From Thermoproteota archaeon (lineage in GTDB: Archaea > Thermoproteota > EX4484-205 > JAAOZP01), in NCBI GenBank assembly GCA_038850115.1, contig JAWCMB010000005.1:1-52948 (forward strand): 52,948 bases of DNA, read 5' to 3'. Positions 19,719 to 29,454 of this stretch are shown one piece after another. A program made the translations under genes and the position numbers. Every line of letters starts with the position of its first letter. Position 1 is the stretch's first letter. Below the pieces are notes generated by a model that worked only from the letters and a program-made list of their open reading frames with translations, did no database searches and was not told where the DNA came from.

Positions 19719-21461
19719 ATGCAGCCACGTGGAAAAACCGGGTGTAAACTTGTCCTAATACTAGTCCTAATACTGGTTTCCAGCCTTCTGAGCATAAGGT
19801 CTTCAGGCCAGTTTGAGCTTTCAGACCTTTACGTGTATGTGAAGGCTAACATGAGTGAGGAGGCGATTGCCTTTTTCAACGTGAACCTGACGATGGGTCC
19901 GAAGACTATAAGAGCATTAGGCGAGGCCAACTGGGCTTTCAAGATACAGCTTCCCAAATGGACGGCACCAAACCTTGTTTTATCCACAGACATGCCTAAG
20001 CTGTTCCTTGAGAACGGGGAGAAGATAGCTCTGAGGCTCGAGGAGGCTGAGGATTATGATTACCTGGTTGCGGAGCTGCCTCCTGTTCAAGGCGAACGGC
20101 TGAACGCTACAGTCAGGTTCGGCTTGGTTCAACGCGACGAGGTGACTGAAGACTATGTCGGGTTTAAGCTACCGGTTTTAACGGGCTTCAGCATTATGCC
20201 TGAATACGTTAACTTCACCTTCCTAACCACGGGTGCTATTAAAGGGTATTCGCTGCAGTACTTTAACCCTATTTTCCTGAACGACACCGTAATAGGATTA
20301 TGGAACCAGTACTTCCGAACGACGACCGTGAGTAATGTAACCGGCAAAATAGTGTTTTCAAAAGCGTTCGACAGGTGTGTGATAGAAAACCTGAACAGGG
20401 AAATAACAGTGACAGAGCAACTTCAAATTAATGTGAAGGACCAGCTGAAACTGAAATACGTCGGCAACTCATATAGAAGCGATATACTGAAGGTAAGCAT
20501 TCCTACTAATATTAGTCAAGCGGTTAAGGCGAAGGATGCGCTGGGGATGCTTCAAACCTCCAGCGGCACATCAACCGTAGCCAATATGAGCATTATAACG
20601 GTCTATTCGAGATATTCATTAAGTCCCGGCCAAAAGTATGAAGCAGTGGTTGAATACAGCATCCCAGTTAAAAACATGCTCGTAAACTCGAGCGGGGGCT
20701 TAACCACTATTCTGCTGAGGGGCCTGCCTAACTACACTGATATTGTTAACGCATATTCTTTAAGCGTGAGAGTAGAAGGAAAGAAAGGTTGGAAGATAGC
20801 AGTGGGATCAACTGTTGCGAGTGTAGAAGACGGAGAGGCTTTCTCCCTGGTGTTGAATAATGCTATGCCAAGCATACTGGTCCAACCGTTTCAGATCAGT
20901 TTCACCCTGACGCAGTTAGAGGCAGGTAAAAGCCTCTCAATGCTCCTTGGCCTATTGACGTTGCTCGTGCTGGCGACGGTTGAACTTTTCAGGGAGGAGG
21001 CTAAGCCTGTTCAGGAGCCTAAGAGAGGGAGGGAAGTCGAAACCCTTGTGAATAATTTAGTGGAGGCTCTCCGCGATAAAATCAATTGCGAAAACCTCTT
21101 AGAGGAGGTTAAGGTTAAAAACACGATTGGGAAGATCTCTTCAAAAGAGTATAGGGAGAGAGTTGGAGAATATGAGCAGAGAATGTCAAGGGCTGAGAAA
21201 AAGATTTTGAAAACAATCGAGGAGGTCTTCCGGAGAAGCACTAGGGTCGGCGAGGAGGTCGAGAGACGCTACAGGGTCTTCGAGGAAATAAACAGCGACT
21301 CTAAAAACATGATTAACAGCACTATCGAAAGGTTTAGAGGGGGACGCATTACGAGAAGCGTTTTCGAAAACCTAACTGGAAAATATTTGAAGGAGAATAA
21401 AAAGAGGAGGGAAACGGCTGCGAGCGACGTATATTCCGCCCTAGAAAAATTACTTTCGTAA
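19719..21461 (+). CDS. Ribophorin I (OST1/RPN1)-like single-pass membrane protein
   Basis: Signal peptide, two beta-rich extracellular domains with motifs IENLNREITV...VKDQLKL, KDALGMLQTS and SRYSLSPGQKYEAVVEYSIP, one TM near aa 410, about 155-aa helical cytosolic tail. Confidence 0.55.
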   Translation: MQPRGKTGCKLVLILVLILVSSLLSIRSSGQFELSDLYVYVKANMSEEAIAFFNVNLTMGPKTIRALGEANWAFKIQLPKWTAPNLVLSTDMPKLFLENGEKIALRLEEAEDYDYLVAELPPVQGERLNATVRFGLVQRDEVTEDYVGFKLPVLTGFSIMPEYVNFTFLTTGAIKGYSLQYFNPIFLNDTVIGLWNQYFRTTTVSNVTGKIVFSKAFDRCVIENLNREITVTEQLQINVKDQLKLKYVGNSYRSDILKVSIPTNISQAVKAKDALGMLQTSSGTSTVANMSIITVYSRYSLSPGQKYEAVVEYSIPVKNMLVNSSGGLTTILLRGLPNYTDIVNAYSLSVRVEGKKGWKIAVGSTVASVEDGEAFSLVLNNAMPSILVQPFQISFTLTQLEAGKSLSMLLGLLTLLVLATVELFREEAKPVQEPKRGREVETLVNNLVEALRDKINCENLLEEVKVKNTIGKISSKEYRERVGEYEQRMSRAEKKILKTIEEVFRRSTRVGEEVERRYRVFEEINSDSKNMINSTIERFRGGRITRSVFENLTGKYLKENKKRRETAASDVYSALEKLLS

Positions 21462-21654
21462 ACGCTTAGCTTACAATCCTAATAGAGTATCCAGGATCTT
21501 AAATCATGAAGCCGCCAAATCCGGAGGGCGTGCTGTTTTCGACGAATCGAAAAAGCTTAAGAGCCTATTTTCCCTTCTTAATTTGCAACTTATATTGGGA
21601 AAATTAAGTGAAGCCATATTTGGGAGGAAAAAGTTGCGCGCGCTATAGTTATTT

Positions 21655-22345
21655 ATGCAGATAGGCATCCTAATTTCCGTCGAGGGATTCGGAAAAGAGA
21701 TTACCTTCCTAGGCGGTTTAGCTGATTTTGTTGAGGTTCTTCTTACAGGGAATCAGGATGTTTCGCACATTTACGAAAGCGGGCATAGGCTGCTCGCCCA
21801 CCTTGCCGAGCTTGATTCTAAATGCTTCAGAACATTGGAGCAGGCGACGCTTCTGGGCGTTGACAAGGCGACGGTGCATTTTTCCACTAGGAAACCGATG
21901 TCTTTTTGACGAGAAGATAGGGATACTTAGCAGGCTTCTGGGGAAGGCGGCTTAATACGGTGTCATCCTACGCCTGGAGAACACAGAGGAGAATGTTGAC
22001 ACGTTGGAGAATGCCTTTAACAGGATGCCGGGGTTAAGGTTTTGCCTAGACATAGGGCACGCGAACCTCTTCTCCAATAATCCTGTTGACTTCATAGATG
22101 CTTTCAGCGATAGACCGGATCACATCCATATCAGTGATAATTACGGTGGCGATTCTGAGGACGATGATCTCCATCTGCCACCCGGCGATGGAGCCATGGA
22201 TTTCCAACAAGTTTTCTAAAAGCTGAAAGCCATTAAATACGATAAAACAATGACGCTTGAGCTTCATCCCCGCTTCGACGTAAATGCTAAGGCGAAAAGC
22301 CTACGTCACCTAAAAAGCTGGTTAAGCTCATGCCATGACTATTGA
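21655..22345 (+). pseudogene. Sugar-phosphate isomerase/epimerase (xylose-isomerase-like TIM barrel) pseudogene
   Basis: LENT, CLDIGHAN, HIHISDN, DLHLPPGDG, TLELH motifs spread over a frameshift near 21905 and two in-frame TAA codons. Confidence 0.8.
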
Positions 22346-22420
22346 AGAACATCGGAAGATGGTTCTCCGTTTCTGCGAATCATCAGAATCATCCTATTGG
22401 GATGGGAAGTGCTCTTCAAA

Positions 22421-23007
22421 TTAGAAACCAACAGTCGTACCTGAGACAAACATCTCTACAAGAGTCATAGCTATGAAGGCCACGAAAACAATTATTGCCC
22501 TACCCTCTTTCACCCTGTAAAGAACCATTGGCCCAAGGTAAAACTGCATCGCAAAAGAGTAGAATCCCGCGAAAAGAGAAACATAAGGCAGGAACCGCCG
22601 AGCAAGCACGGTCCCACACCGTAACACGCTGCCTTCCAAGCGTTTAAAACAGGCCCCGTCCCACCGATAAGCCTATAGACCAAGTGTAGAATCAACGTTA
22701 ATAGAGGAAGAATTAAGACGGCGAACCCGAATATTAAAACCGCTTCAATCAGATACGCGTAAACCCCGTAGGAATCAAGCAAACCGTTTTTCAAAACATT
22801 GTACGCTAGAATCTGCGCCTGATACGAGGAAGATAGGTCCGTGCTCTCCACACCCAAATAATTGACGAGGGGCGTAGCAATAGAAATAACCAGCGTCACC
22901 CACAGGAAGAAAACAAGGGAGGGCCTCCAACACTCGCCCCGCACCTCCTCGAAAAACCCGCGGGGATCAGCCAGCTGGTTAGACAGCTTCACTAAGGTTC
23001 TTACCAC
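22421..23007 (-). pseudogene. YIP1-family multi-pass membrane protein, frameshifted near 22600
   Basis: LADPRGFFEEV start, LHLVYRLIGGTG...AWKAACY; C-terminal TMs continue in another frame (FLPYVSLF...). Confidence 0.65.
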
Positions 23008-23092
23008 GCGTCTTCACTAACCGAGCCTTCAGACTTACGCATATAAGGCTTAACCATGAACAGCATCCAAAACAATGTTTAAACCATGTTAG

Positions 23093-23205
23093 TAGCCCGG
23101 GAGAGATTCGAACTCTCGTCAAGGGGTTTCTCCGCAAGTGCTAAACTGCACCAAAGCCCCCCATGTTTGCCGTTACAATCAGCGCCTTTTTGGCTCCACC
23201 GGGCT
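23093..23205 (-). tRNA. tRNA-Gln(TTG) with introns at 10/11 (23178..23195) and 37/38 (23128..23150)
   Basis: A1-U72 acceptor AGCCCGG/CCGGGCT typical of archaeal tRNA-Gln; both inserts are bounded by BHB motifs; anticodon arm GGGGG-CTTTGGA-CCCCT after splicing. Confidence 0.88.
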
Positions 23206-23263
23206 TCCCGGGCTTGTTGAAAATCTGCTTTTGGGGATTTAATAACTTTTTACCTGTAGGGAA

Positions 23264-24028
23264 TTGCTGAATAGAAGAGGGTTTTCTGAAGCAATACTGG
23301 ACTTTAAGGGCGACATTAAAAACAACGTTATCGATGTTTACCTTCCTGGTATAGATAAGCCGGTTTTCTCAGAGGTATGCTTCAACCTTCCTTCCTACGG
23401 GGTTACGCTTGGCCTGAGGGTTATCGAGCGTAAGGTCTACGATATCGGATCCGGTGGAAGGAGGTTTGATTGCCACTGGATTCGCGTCAACGCGACTCTG
23501 AGGGCTTCCAGGGATGTTTTCCGAGTGCTATTCCGCATCGGGCATGGCGGAGGATGGGTGAATAAGCCTTGGCTGATACTGAGAAGAGGCGGATACGCGT
23601 CAGACCATTGGATAAAGTGGACGCCCAGTGAGAAGCTTATTGTGGATTTCGATGCCGAAGGCTTCAGAAACAGGTTCATACTAAACTTCAACAGTACGCC
23701 AAACAGAGGTAACGATTTTCTAAGCAGGGTTTTAAGCGAGGACGAGTTGAAGAGCATTCTCGAGCAGCCTCCGTATGAGAAGCTGAACCTCAGCAAGGCT
23801 CCGAAAAGCCTGAACATAAGGCTTGCCGGAGAGAAGGTTACTAACGAAACAGTCTGGGTCACCGGCGCGGCGATCTCATGCGTATTATACATTACGCTCT
23901 TCATAATGGTTAACAGGATAAAGTTTGAGAGAGTTGGTCAGCGATTAACCGCAGGCCAAGTCCTAAGGATGATCGAAGCATGTCTTGGAGAACGTTCCGA
24001 GCAGGGGGAGTTCAAGCAAGATACTTGA
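23264..24028 (+). CDS. Hypothetical protein with one TM; probably the N-terminal part of the next ORF
   Basis: TTG start, TM VWVTGAAISCVLYITLFIMV, 44-bp out-of-frame overlap with 23985..25760. Confidence 0.5.
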   Translation: MLNRRGFSEAILDFKGDIKNNVIDVYLPGIDKPVFSEVCFNLPSYGVTLGLRVIERKVYDIGSGGRRFDCHWIRVNATLRASRDVFRVLFRIGHGGGWVNKPWLILRRGGYASDHWIKWTPSEKLIVDFDAEGFRNRFILNFNSTPNRGNDFLSRVLSEDELKSILEQPPYEKLNLSKAPKSLNIRLAGEKVTNETVWVTGAAISCVLYITLFIMVNRIKFERVGQRLTAGQVLRMIEACLGERSEQGEFKQDT

Positions 24029-25760
24029 CGCATTAGGAAGCATTATTGAAAACTATTCCCCGGAGGAGATGGAAGAGAAAGGTGGAACAATTATGAGGAG
24101 CATAGTATCGATGTGGATCAAGGACGGGGACGAAGCCATAGATTCTCTGAACAGCTGGCTAAGCGTAAACTCGAAGGACTTGGATAAGGTGAAAGCACTT
24201 GAAGACGTTTTGCTCAAGATAGGGGGAGACGCTGCAGAGGGTGTTGGAGCAAAGATAGGAGATATCGTCGATAACTATCTCAATATTAATGGTGAATACG
24301 GTAAAAAACTGGCCGAGAAATTCCTTGATACGGTGCTGAAGAACCCAGAGAAGTTTAGACCTTTCTTTATGGAGGTAGGAGAACATGAAATTACGGTAAA
24401 GAAGAACGGGTACCCTACTGTGCTTTTAAGTGGTAGGGTTGAAGGGACATTTAGAGTAAAGGTTTACTGGGAATATTGTGAGAAAAGCGGGAATGTTGAA
24501 TTCTGGACTAAGCTGGATGGAGATAAGATTCACATACCGGGAGAGCAGACAAATGAAATACTCAAGGCGATTTACGGGGATGTCAAAGACACGGAAGAGA
24601 TCGAAGTTAAAGTGAAGACAACAAGAATATACTTCTATGATTATAGGCTCTTCTTTCCAACCGAGGGCTTCAAAGAAGGCGGAGGGATCACGCTCAATCT
24701 CTACAACAATAGGATGAGGGTTGGAGGAAAGGAATATTCTTTTGAGCCAGATACCTATGTATGGGAAGGAAAACTTCGTGTTGCGGCAATATTCTCTGAT
24801 TCCAAGAACTGGAAGGGCAATATTCTCAAATTCATCTTCGTAGACGACGGGAGTATAGAGATCAAATACGGTGAAAATGTTTACCCTATTAAAGAGATTA
24901 GGTTTGACGAGGATAATTATGCAATCCGAATAACCTATGAGATAACTTACGAGTATCCTTCTCGTATTTCCACGACCGTGTATAGCTTCAAACATGAGTC
25001 CTTGGATTTTCAACTTAATAAGAGATTCAAGCTTAAGTGGGATTATAATGTTGAAGGAAAAAGTGAAATTGGTCTCAAAGAAAGGCAACTTCTTACCTGC
25101 TTGGGTTATGATGCACTGAAGGAACTGGAGAGTAGAATTGACAAAAGTGGCGATGATACTCAAAGGGTCATCCTCTGTGTACGTCTCGATAATGGAAAGT
25201 CGGTTTATTGTTGGAACAATAAATTTACATCACGTATACCTCCTGAGGCGAAGTTCATAACCTCGATAGAAGTGATTTCTCTTAAGGACCTTATAGATTT
25301 GAAGAAATTGGCAATAAAGGTTCTTGATGAGCCTCAAGACAAATTTATGAAAGGAAAGTTAGGTGAGGCAATAACGGATAGGCTGTTTATGGATTATATC
25401 CTCACTGAAATTGCGAAAAGAAGTGGAATTCCAAAAGACAGGTTAGAGATAGAATTCTTGGGAGAGAGTGGACAGCCTGATTTCCAGATAAAAATTAGTG
25501 GGACAGATAAGCGTATTGCCATTATAGAAGTAAAGTATGTAGGAGATCCTGAGGACACTGGAGGATTCGAAGATCAGCTGGACAAGGCAAAGGCACAGAT
25601 CGAGAGACGCTTTGAAGATCCTAAATGGACAGCTCCCTATGGAGTTATCGTGGTCATCGCATGGTCTTCCGAACAGATACTCGGCGATGAGCCATATCCA
25701 GAGATGGTGGGAAGCTATAAGAATCCGTATATAGAGTACTTTAGTAGAGAAGGAGGCTAA
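23985..25760 (+). CDS. Large protein with C-terminal PD-(D/E)xK (restriction-endonuclease-fold) domain; candidate polymorphic toxin
   Basis: C-terminal KGKLGEAI...GQPDFQIK...IAIIEVKY...QLDKAKAQI fits the E...PD...ExK...Q nuclease pattern. Confidence 0.6.
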   Translation: MENVPSRGSSSKILDALGSIIENYSPEEMEEKGGTIMRSIVSMWIKDGDEAIDSLNSWLSVNSKDLDKVKALEDVLLKIGGDAAEGVGAKIGDIVDNYLNINGEYGKKLAEKFLDTVLKNPEKFRPFFMEVGEHEITVKKNGYPTVLLSGRVEGTFRVKVYWEYCEKSGNVEFWTKLDGDKIHIPGEQTNEILKAIYGDVKDTEEIEVKVKTTRIYFYDYRLFFPTEGFKEGGGITLNLYNNRMRVGGKEYSFEPDTYVWEGKLRVAAIFSDSKNWKGNILKFIFVDDGSIEIKYGENVYPIKEIRFDEDNYAIRITYEITYEYPSRISTTVYSFKHESLDFQLNKRFKLKWDYNVEGKSEIGLKERQLLTCLGYDALKELESRIDKSGDDTQRVILCVRLDNGKSVYCWNNKFTSRIPPEAKFITSIEVISLKDLIDLKKLAIKVLDEPQDKFMKGKLGEAITDRLFMDYILTEIAKRSGIPKDRLEIEFLGESGQPDFQIKISGTDKRIAIIEVKYVGDPEDTGGFEDQLDKAKAQIERRFEDPKWTAPYGVIVVIAWSSEQILGDEPYPEMVGSYKNPYIEYFSREGG

Positions 25761-25764
25761 AGGG

Positions 25765-26472
25765 ATGAGCCAAAGCTTCCTCAATAGGCTGAAGGACTAC
25801 TTAGATGAGAGGCTGAAGAATGAGGTTCTAGTGCTTTCCTTCAAACCGTTTGAAATAGAGATATTTCCTCCATCTGACTGGCGGAGATGGTGGGTAAGGA
25901 CACAGAGCTCTACTATAGTCAGGTCTGTTATGGAGCATAGTGACGGGACAGTAGCTGTAGAATCAGAATTATTGGATAAGGCTGGAGACGATATAGGTGA
26001 ATGCTTGGTTAAAAGTTATCGGTTTAAGTTCGCTAAAGCAAAGGGCAACAAGGAAGAGGAGGAAAAAGTGTGGAAAGCTCTTAAGAAAGAAGAGGAGGAA
26101 GCTCATAAAGATTACCTTAACAGGATGAATTTCGAAAAGCATCTCAAGAAATCCTACTGGCGTGCATTCCTAAGGTTGCTTTGGTTCGATGAAGTGGGTA
26201 GAAGAATATCGGAGAAATATGGTGTTGAAGTGAGTGTAGCTATCGATAAAGTCGACTATGACGCTGGTTTAGAATCGAAGTTCGATGGAAGAAATATGGA
26301 TGAAAAGAAGAAATTCGAGGAGATAAAGAAGAGGGTTGAAGCACTTATCGATGCGTATAAGCTCTGCCGACTTTTCACTCATATCTATCCGAATGAGAAG
26401 AGGAAGGAATACTTGGAGTTCTGTAATGCTGTCCTCACGAAGTATGGAATAAAAAGAAAGAGGGGGTTATAG
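25765..26472 (+). CDS. Hypothetical protein; candidate immunity protein
   Basis: Starts 4 nt after the nuclease-tipped ORF; soluble and highly charged; no motif recognised. Confidence 0.55.
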   Translation: MSQSFLNRLKDYLDERLKNEVLVLSFKPFEIEIFPPSDWRRWWVRTQSSTIVRSVMEHSDGTVAVESELLDKAGDDIGECLVKSYRFKFAKAKGNKEEEEKVWKALKKEEEEAHKDYLNRMNFEKHLKKSYWRAFLRLLWFDEVGRRISEKYGVEVSVAIDKVDYDAGLESKFDGRNMDEKKKFEEIKKRVEALIDAYKLCRLFTHIYPNEKRKEYLEFCNAVLTKYGIKRKRGL

Positions 26473-26532
26473 GGTAGGTTTAAGCATGCGCTGTTTTTTG
26501 GGTTTAAAAACTTTTGCGCATGCTTTTTAGGT

Positions 26533-27813
26533 TCATTCCAGCTTAAGGTTGAAATGTTTATCCGCGAAATCTATGTATCTCTCCCAATCATATAGGGTTA
26601 AGGCGTGTCCGCCCGAGCGAACATGATAGCCCATTGTCCCCATTACGGGATGGTTTAAAGGCGGCATCTCCTCCGTCGGCAGCCCATCCGTGCCCAGTAG
26701 CCTGTAAACCGGGTCCGCAGCCTTCGCCGCCAAGAATTCTCCACGAGGGTCAGCCCAAAGATCCTCGTCGGCGCTGGCTACGTAAACTGGGCGGGGCACT
26801 ATCAACGCTATAAGCATGTGCTGGTCCACTGGCAGTTCATCCTCGCGATCATTATACTGCTTAAAGTTATCGCAGAACCAGTGTGGAAAAACAGTGTTAA
26901 TGATTCTGACGGTTTCCCCGAACCTCCGACGGCTTAAAGCAGCCCCGCCGCAGCCGGAGTTGTTGGATACTACGATTGCAAAGCGCTCGTCCTGCGCGCC
27001 GGCCCACAGGGCTGTTTTCCCAAGCCTCGAATGGCCAACGATGACGACGCGTTTCTCATCAACCTCGTCATCCTTCTCAAGGTAATCCATAGCCCTGCTT
27101 AACCCCCACGCCCATGCGCTTATCGAGCCCCAGGCATCCGGCGGGCGGCTTGCCCCGAAGAACTTGTCGAACACGCCGTGAACACCGTTCCTGAAGCCGT
27201 CGTGAAAGTCAGGATCAATATCGTTGTAGCATACCGTTGCAAACCCGTATCCTCTTTCAAGCGTCTTATCAACCAGTTTAGGCAAATCCCCCCAGCCGCG
27301 GGACCTTTCGCTCGAAAAGAAATCCCTTTCTTCTGTAGTATTGAACGCTTGCAAGGGTCTATCCTTAAGCCTTATTGCTGGATCATCGTAAAAAGTATGG
27401 TTCCCCGTGAAGTTGAGCATAAGGAAAACAGGCAGCGGGCGCAGCGGGGTATTCGGAAGATAGATGAGCAAGTCCATAACCGGCCCATCGGGGCTTCCAG
27501 TTAAGTTGATCGCAACCTGCTTCCTAGTGGCTTTACCCCCTAGAGCTTCACGATCCAGATCCCACACTTCGAAGAGCATTCCCTCAGGCTTATCAATCGG
27601 CGTTCTGCCATAAACCTGGCTGCGGAAAAGCTCAAGTATTTCCAGCCTCCTCTTCATCCAAAGCTCTGGGGTAACGATCCTCAACCCGTCTGGGGAAACA
27701 AGCGGGTCCGGCAGAGAATAAGGTGGAACCTTAGCCTCATCGTAGATTACGCCCGGCTGTTTTTCACTGAGCTTCCTAACCAAATCAGGGTTTGCACGCC
27801 AGCCCTGTTCCAA
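26533..27813 (-). CDS. CE15-family glucuronoyl-esterase-like hydrolase
   Basis: WGSISAWAWGLSRAMDYL, GHSRLGKTALWAGAQDERF, SGCGG, HWFC, PVDQHML, WADPRGE motifs. Confidence 0.85.
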   Translation of the reverse strand: MEQGWRANPDLVRKLSEKQPGVIYDEAKVPPYSLPDPLVSPDGLRIVTPELWMKRRLEILELFRSQVYGRTPIDKPEGMLFEVWDLDREALGGKATRKQVAINLTGSPDGPVMDLLIYLPNTPLRPLPVFLMLNFTGNHTFYDDPAIRLKDRPLQAFNTTEERDFFSSERSRGWGDLPKLVDKTLERGYGFATVCYNDIDPDFHDGFRNGVHGVFDKFFGASRPPDAWGSISAWAWGLSRAMDYLEKDDEVDEKRVVIVGHSRLGKTALWAGAQDERFAIVVSNNSGCGGAALSRRRFGETVRIINTVFPHWFCDNFKQYNDREDELPVDQHMLIALIVPRPVYVASADEDLWADPRGEFLAAKAADPVYRLLGTDGLPTEEMPPLNHPVMGTMGYHVRSGGHALTLYDWERYIDFADKHFNLKLE

Positions 27814-27947
27814 TATTCACCATGATAGCATATTAATAGGATGTTTTAATCGTTTACCGTTTCCAGTTTCAATCTTCCTCCGTGCAAAAACACTGCGAAC
27901 AAAGATGGAATGAAGCAGTAAGCATAGCTTTGGGCGCACGCTAAACT

Positions 27948-29363
27948 TTAAAGCTCAACCCTCTTTTTGGACCCGTCGGGCTCAAGCAGGTATGCTGGTC
28001 TTCCAACTCCTGCGTAGAGAACACGGTACTTAGGCTTAACGTTAAGATTACTGATTACGTTTTTTCCATCGAGTATCGCAGTTTCTCCGCCAGCTAAACT
28101 GGATGCTTCCTCTATTCCTATCTGGTAGAATTCCTTATGGTCGCTCGCTATTACGATTGCATTAGCCCCCTGCACTGCCTGCCTCCAGTCCCTGAGGATC
28201 CCGATATCCTTGCCTTCGACTTTTTCGACAAGCGGGTCGCAGACCTTGAAGCTTGCCCCGGTTTTCTCAATGAACTCGAGTACTCTTAGGGCTGGGGAAA
28301 GCCTAGTGTCTGAAGTGCCTCCCCGGAAGGATAATCCGAGGAGTGCGAAACTGCATTCAGACGGGTTCATTTTTAGAAACCGTGCTGCCCTAACAATCTT
28401 GTCTATGAATAGTTCCGTTGCTGTTTCATTAATGCTTCTTGCCAGCTGCGTGATTTGAAGTTGCAACTCCTGTTTGAGTGCCGTCTCGATTATGAAATAA
28501 GGGTATACTGGTATGCAGGCACCCCCTACGCCAATCCCCGGGTTATGCAGGTGTGAGAAAGGCTGGGAGTTGGCTGCCGCCCTTACCTCATCATACGGCA
28601 CGCCTATCTTCTCACAGAGGCCGGCGAGCTCGTTGGCTAACGCTATGTTGACGTCGCGATAAACTCCTTCAAACAGTTTCTCAGTCTCGGCTGCCACAGT
28701 GCTGGACATTTTGATCACGCCTCTTTTGACGACTGCTGAATACAGGTTCGCAACCAGATCTAAGCTTCTCGGGGAATCGCAGCCAACTATCTTCGGATAC
28801 TTCTCCAAATAGTCTGCTAAAACTGTTCCAGCAGAGATTCTTTCAGGACTGTAGGCTAGGGCGAAATCCTCATCCGCCTTTAAACCGTTGGCCTTCTCTA
28901 GAATAGGCTTAACTACGTTTCGCGTCGTTCCCGGTGGTATAGATGTCTCTATGATAACCACATCCCCCTTGGCTAGGCTTCCACCTATTTCCTCAGTAAC
29001 CCTAATAATCGGGGTTAAGTCGGGCTTCTTGTCGCTTGAAAGGTACACTGGGACCGCGATTATTTTTATGTCTGTTTCACGCGCCCCGTAAGAGTAATCG
29101 TCTGTAACCTCCAGCAACCCCATGCTTCTCAACTTCTTTATGTGTTCTGATAAGTAGGCTTCTTCGGGGAAAGGGGATAAGCCTGAGTCCAACAGTCTTA
29201 CCGCCTGCTTGTCAAGCGTCATCCCTATTACCTTCGCGCCCGCTAACCCCCATCCGACCCCAATGGTTAAGCCCACATGTCCGAAGCCGAATACTCCAAC
29301 CCTATACGTGCTTTTCCTCAGGTTTTCAACAGCCTCTTCAGGCGTGACTAGGAACGGCTTCAT
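27948..29363 (-). CDS. UDP-N-acetylhexosamine dehydrogenase (WecC/WbpA-like)
   Basis: GFGHVG Rossmann fold, ETSIPPGTT, YSPERI, EKLFEGVYRDVNIALANE, GVGGACIP, DTRLSP. Confidence 0.88.
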   Translation of the reverse strand: MKPFLVTPEEAVENLRKSTYRVGVFGFGHVGLTIGVGWGLAGAKVIGMTLDKQAVRLLDSGLSPFPEEAYLSEHIKKLRSMGLLEVTDDYSYGARETDIKIIAVPVYLSSDKKPDLTPIIRVTEEIGGSLAKGDVVIIETSIPPGTTRNVVKPILEKANGLKADEDFALAYSPERISAGTVLADYLEKYPKIVGCDSPRSLDLVANLYSAVVKRGVIKMSSTVAAETEKLFEGVYRDVNIALANELAGLCEKIGVPYDEVRAAANSQPFSHLHNPGIGVGGACIPVYPYFIIETALKQELQLQITQLARSINETATELFIDKIVRAARFLKMNPSECSFALLGLSFRGGTSDTRLSPALRVLEFIEKTGASFKVCDPLVEKVEGKDIGILRDWRQAVQGANAIVIASDHKEFYQIGIEEASSLAGGETAILDGKNVISNLNVKPKYRVLYAGVGRPAYLLEPDGSKKRVEL

Positions 29364-29454
29364 CTGAATAGTTCAACAAGCCTGTTTTTTAAGATTAACT
29401 GAGCCCAAGTTTAAAAGAATTAATAGCTGCCTGCAACAGTGTTCAACCGAGACG

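Noticed and set aside
19711-19728. GGCTAGCGATGCAGCCAC resembles GGCTAGCGTGCAGCCAC near 47263
   Set aside because: Only two copies with an indel and different contexts; plausible by chance.
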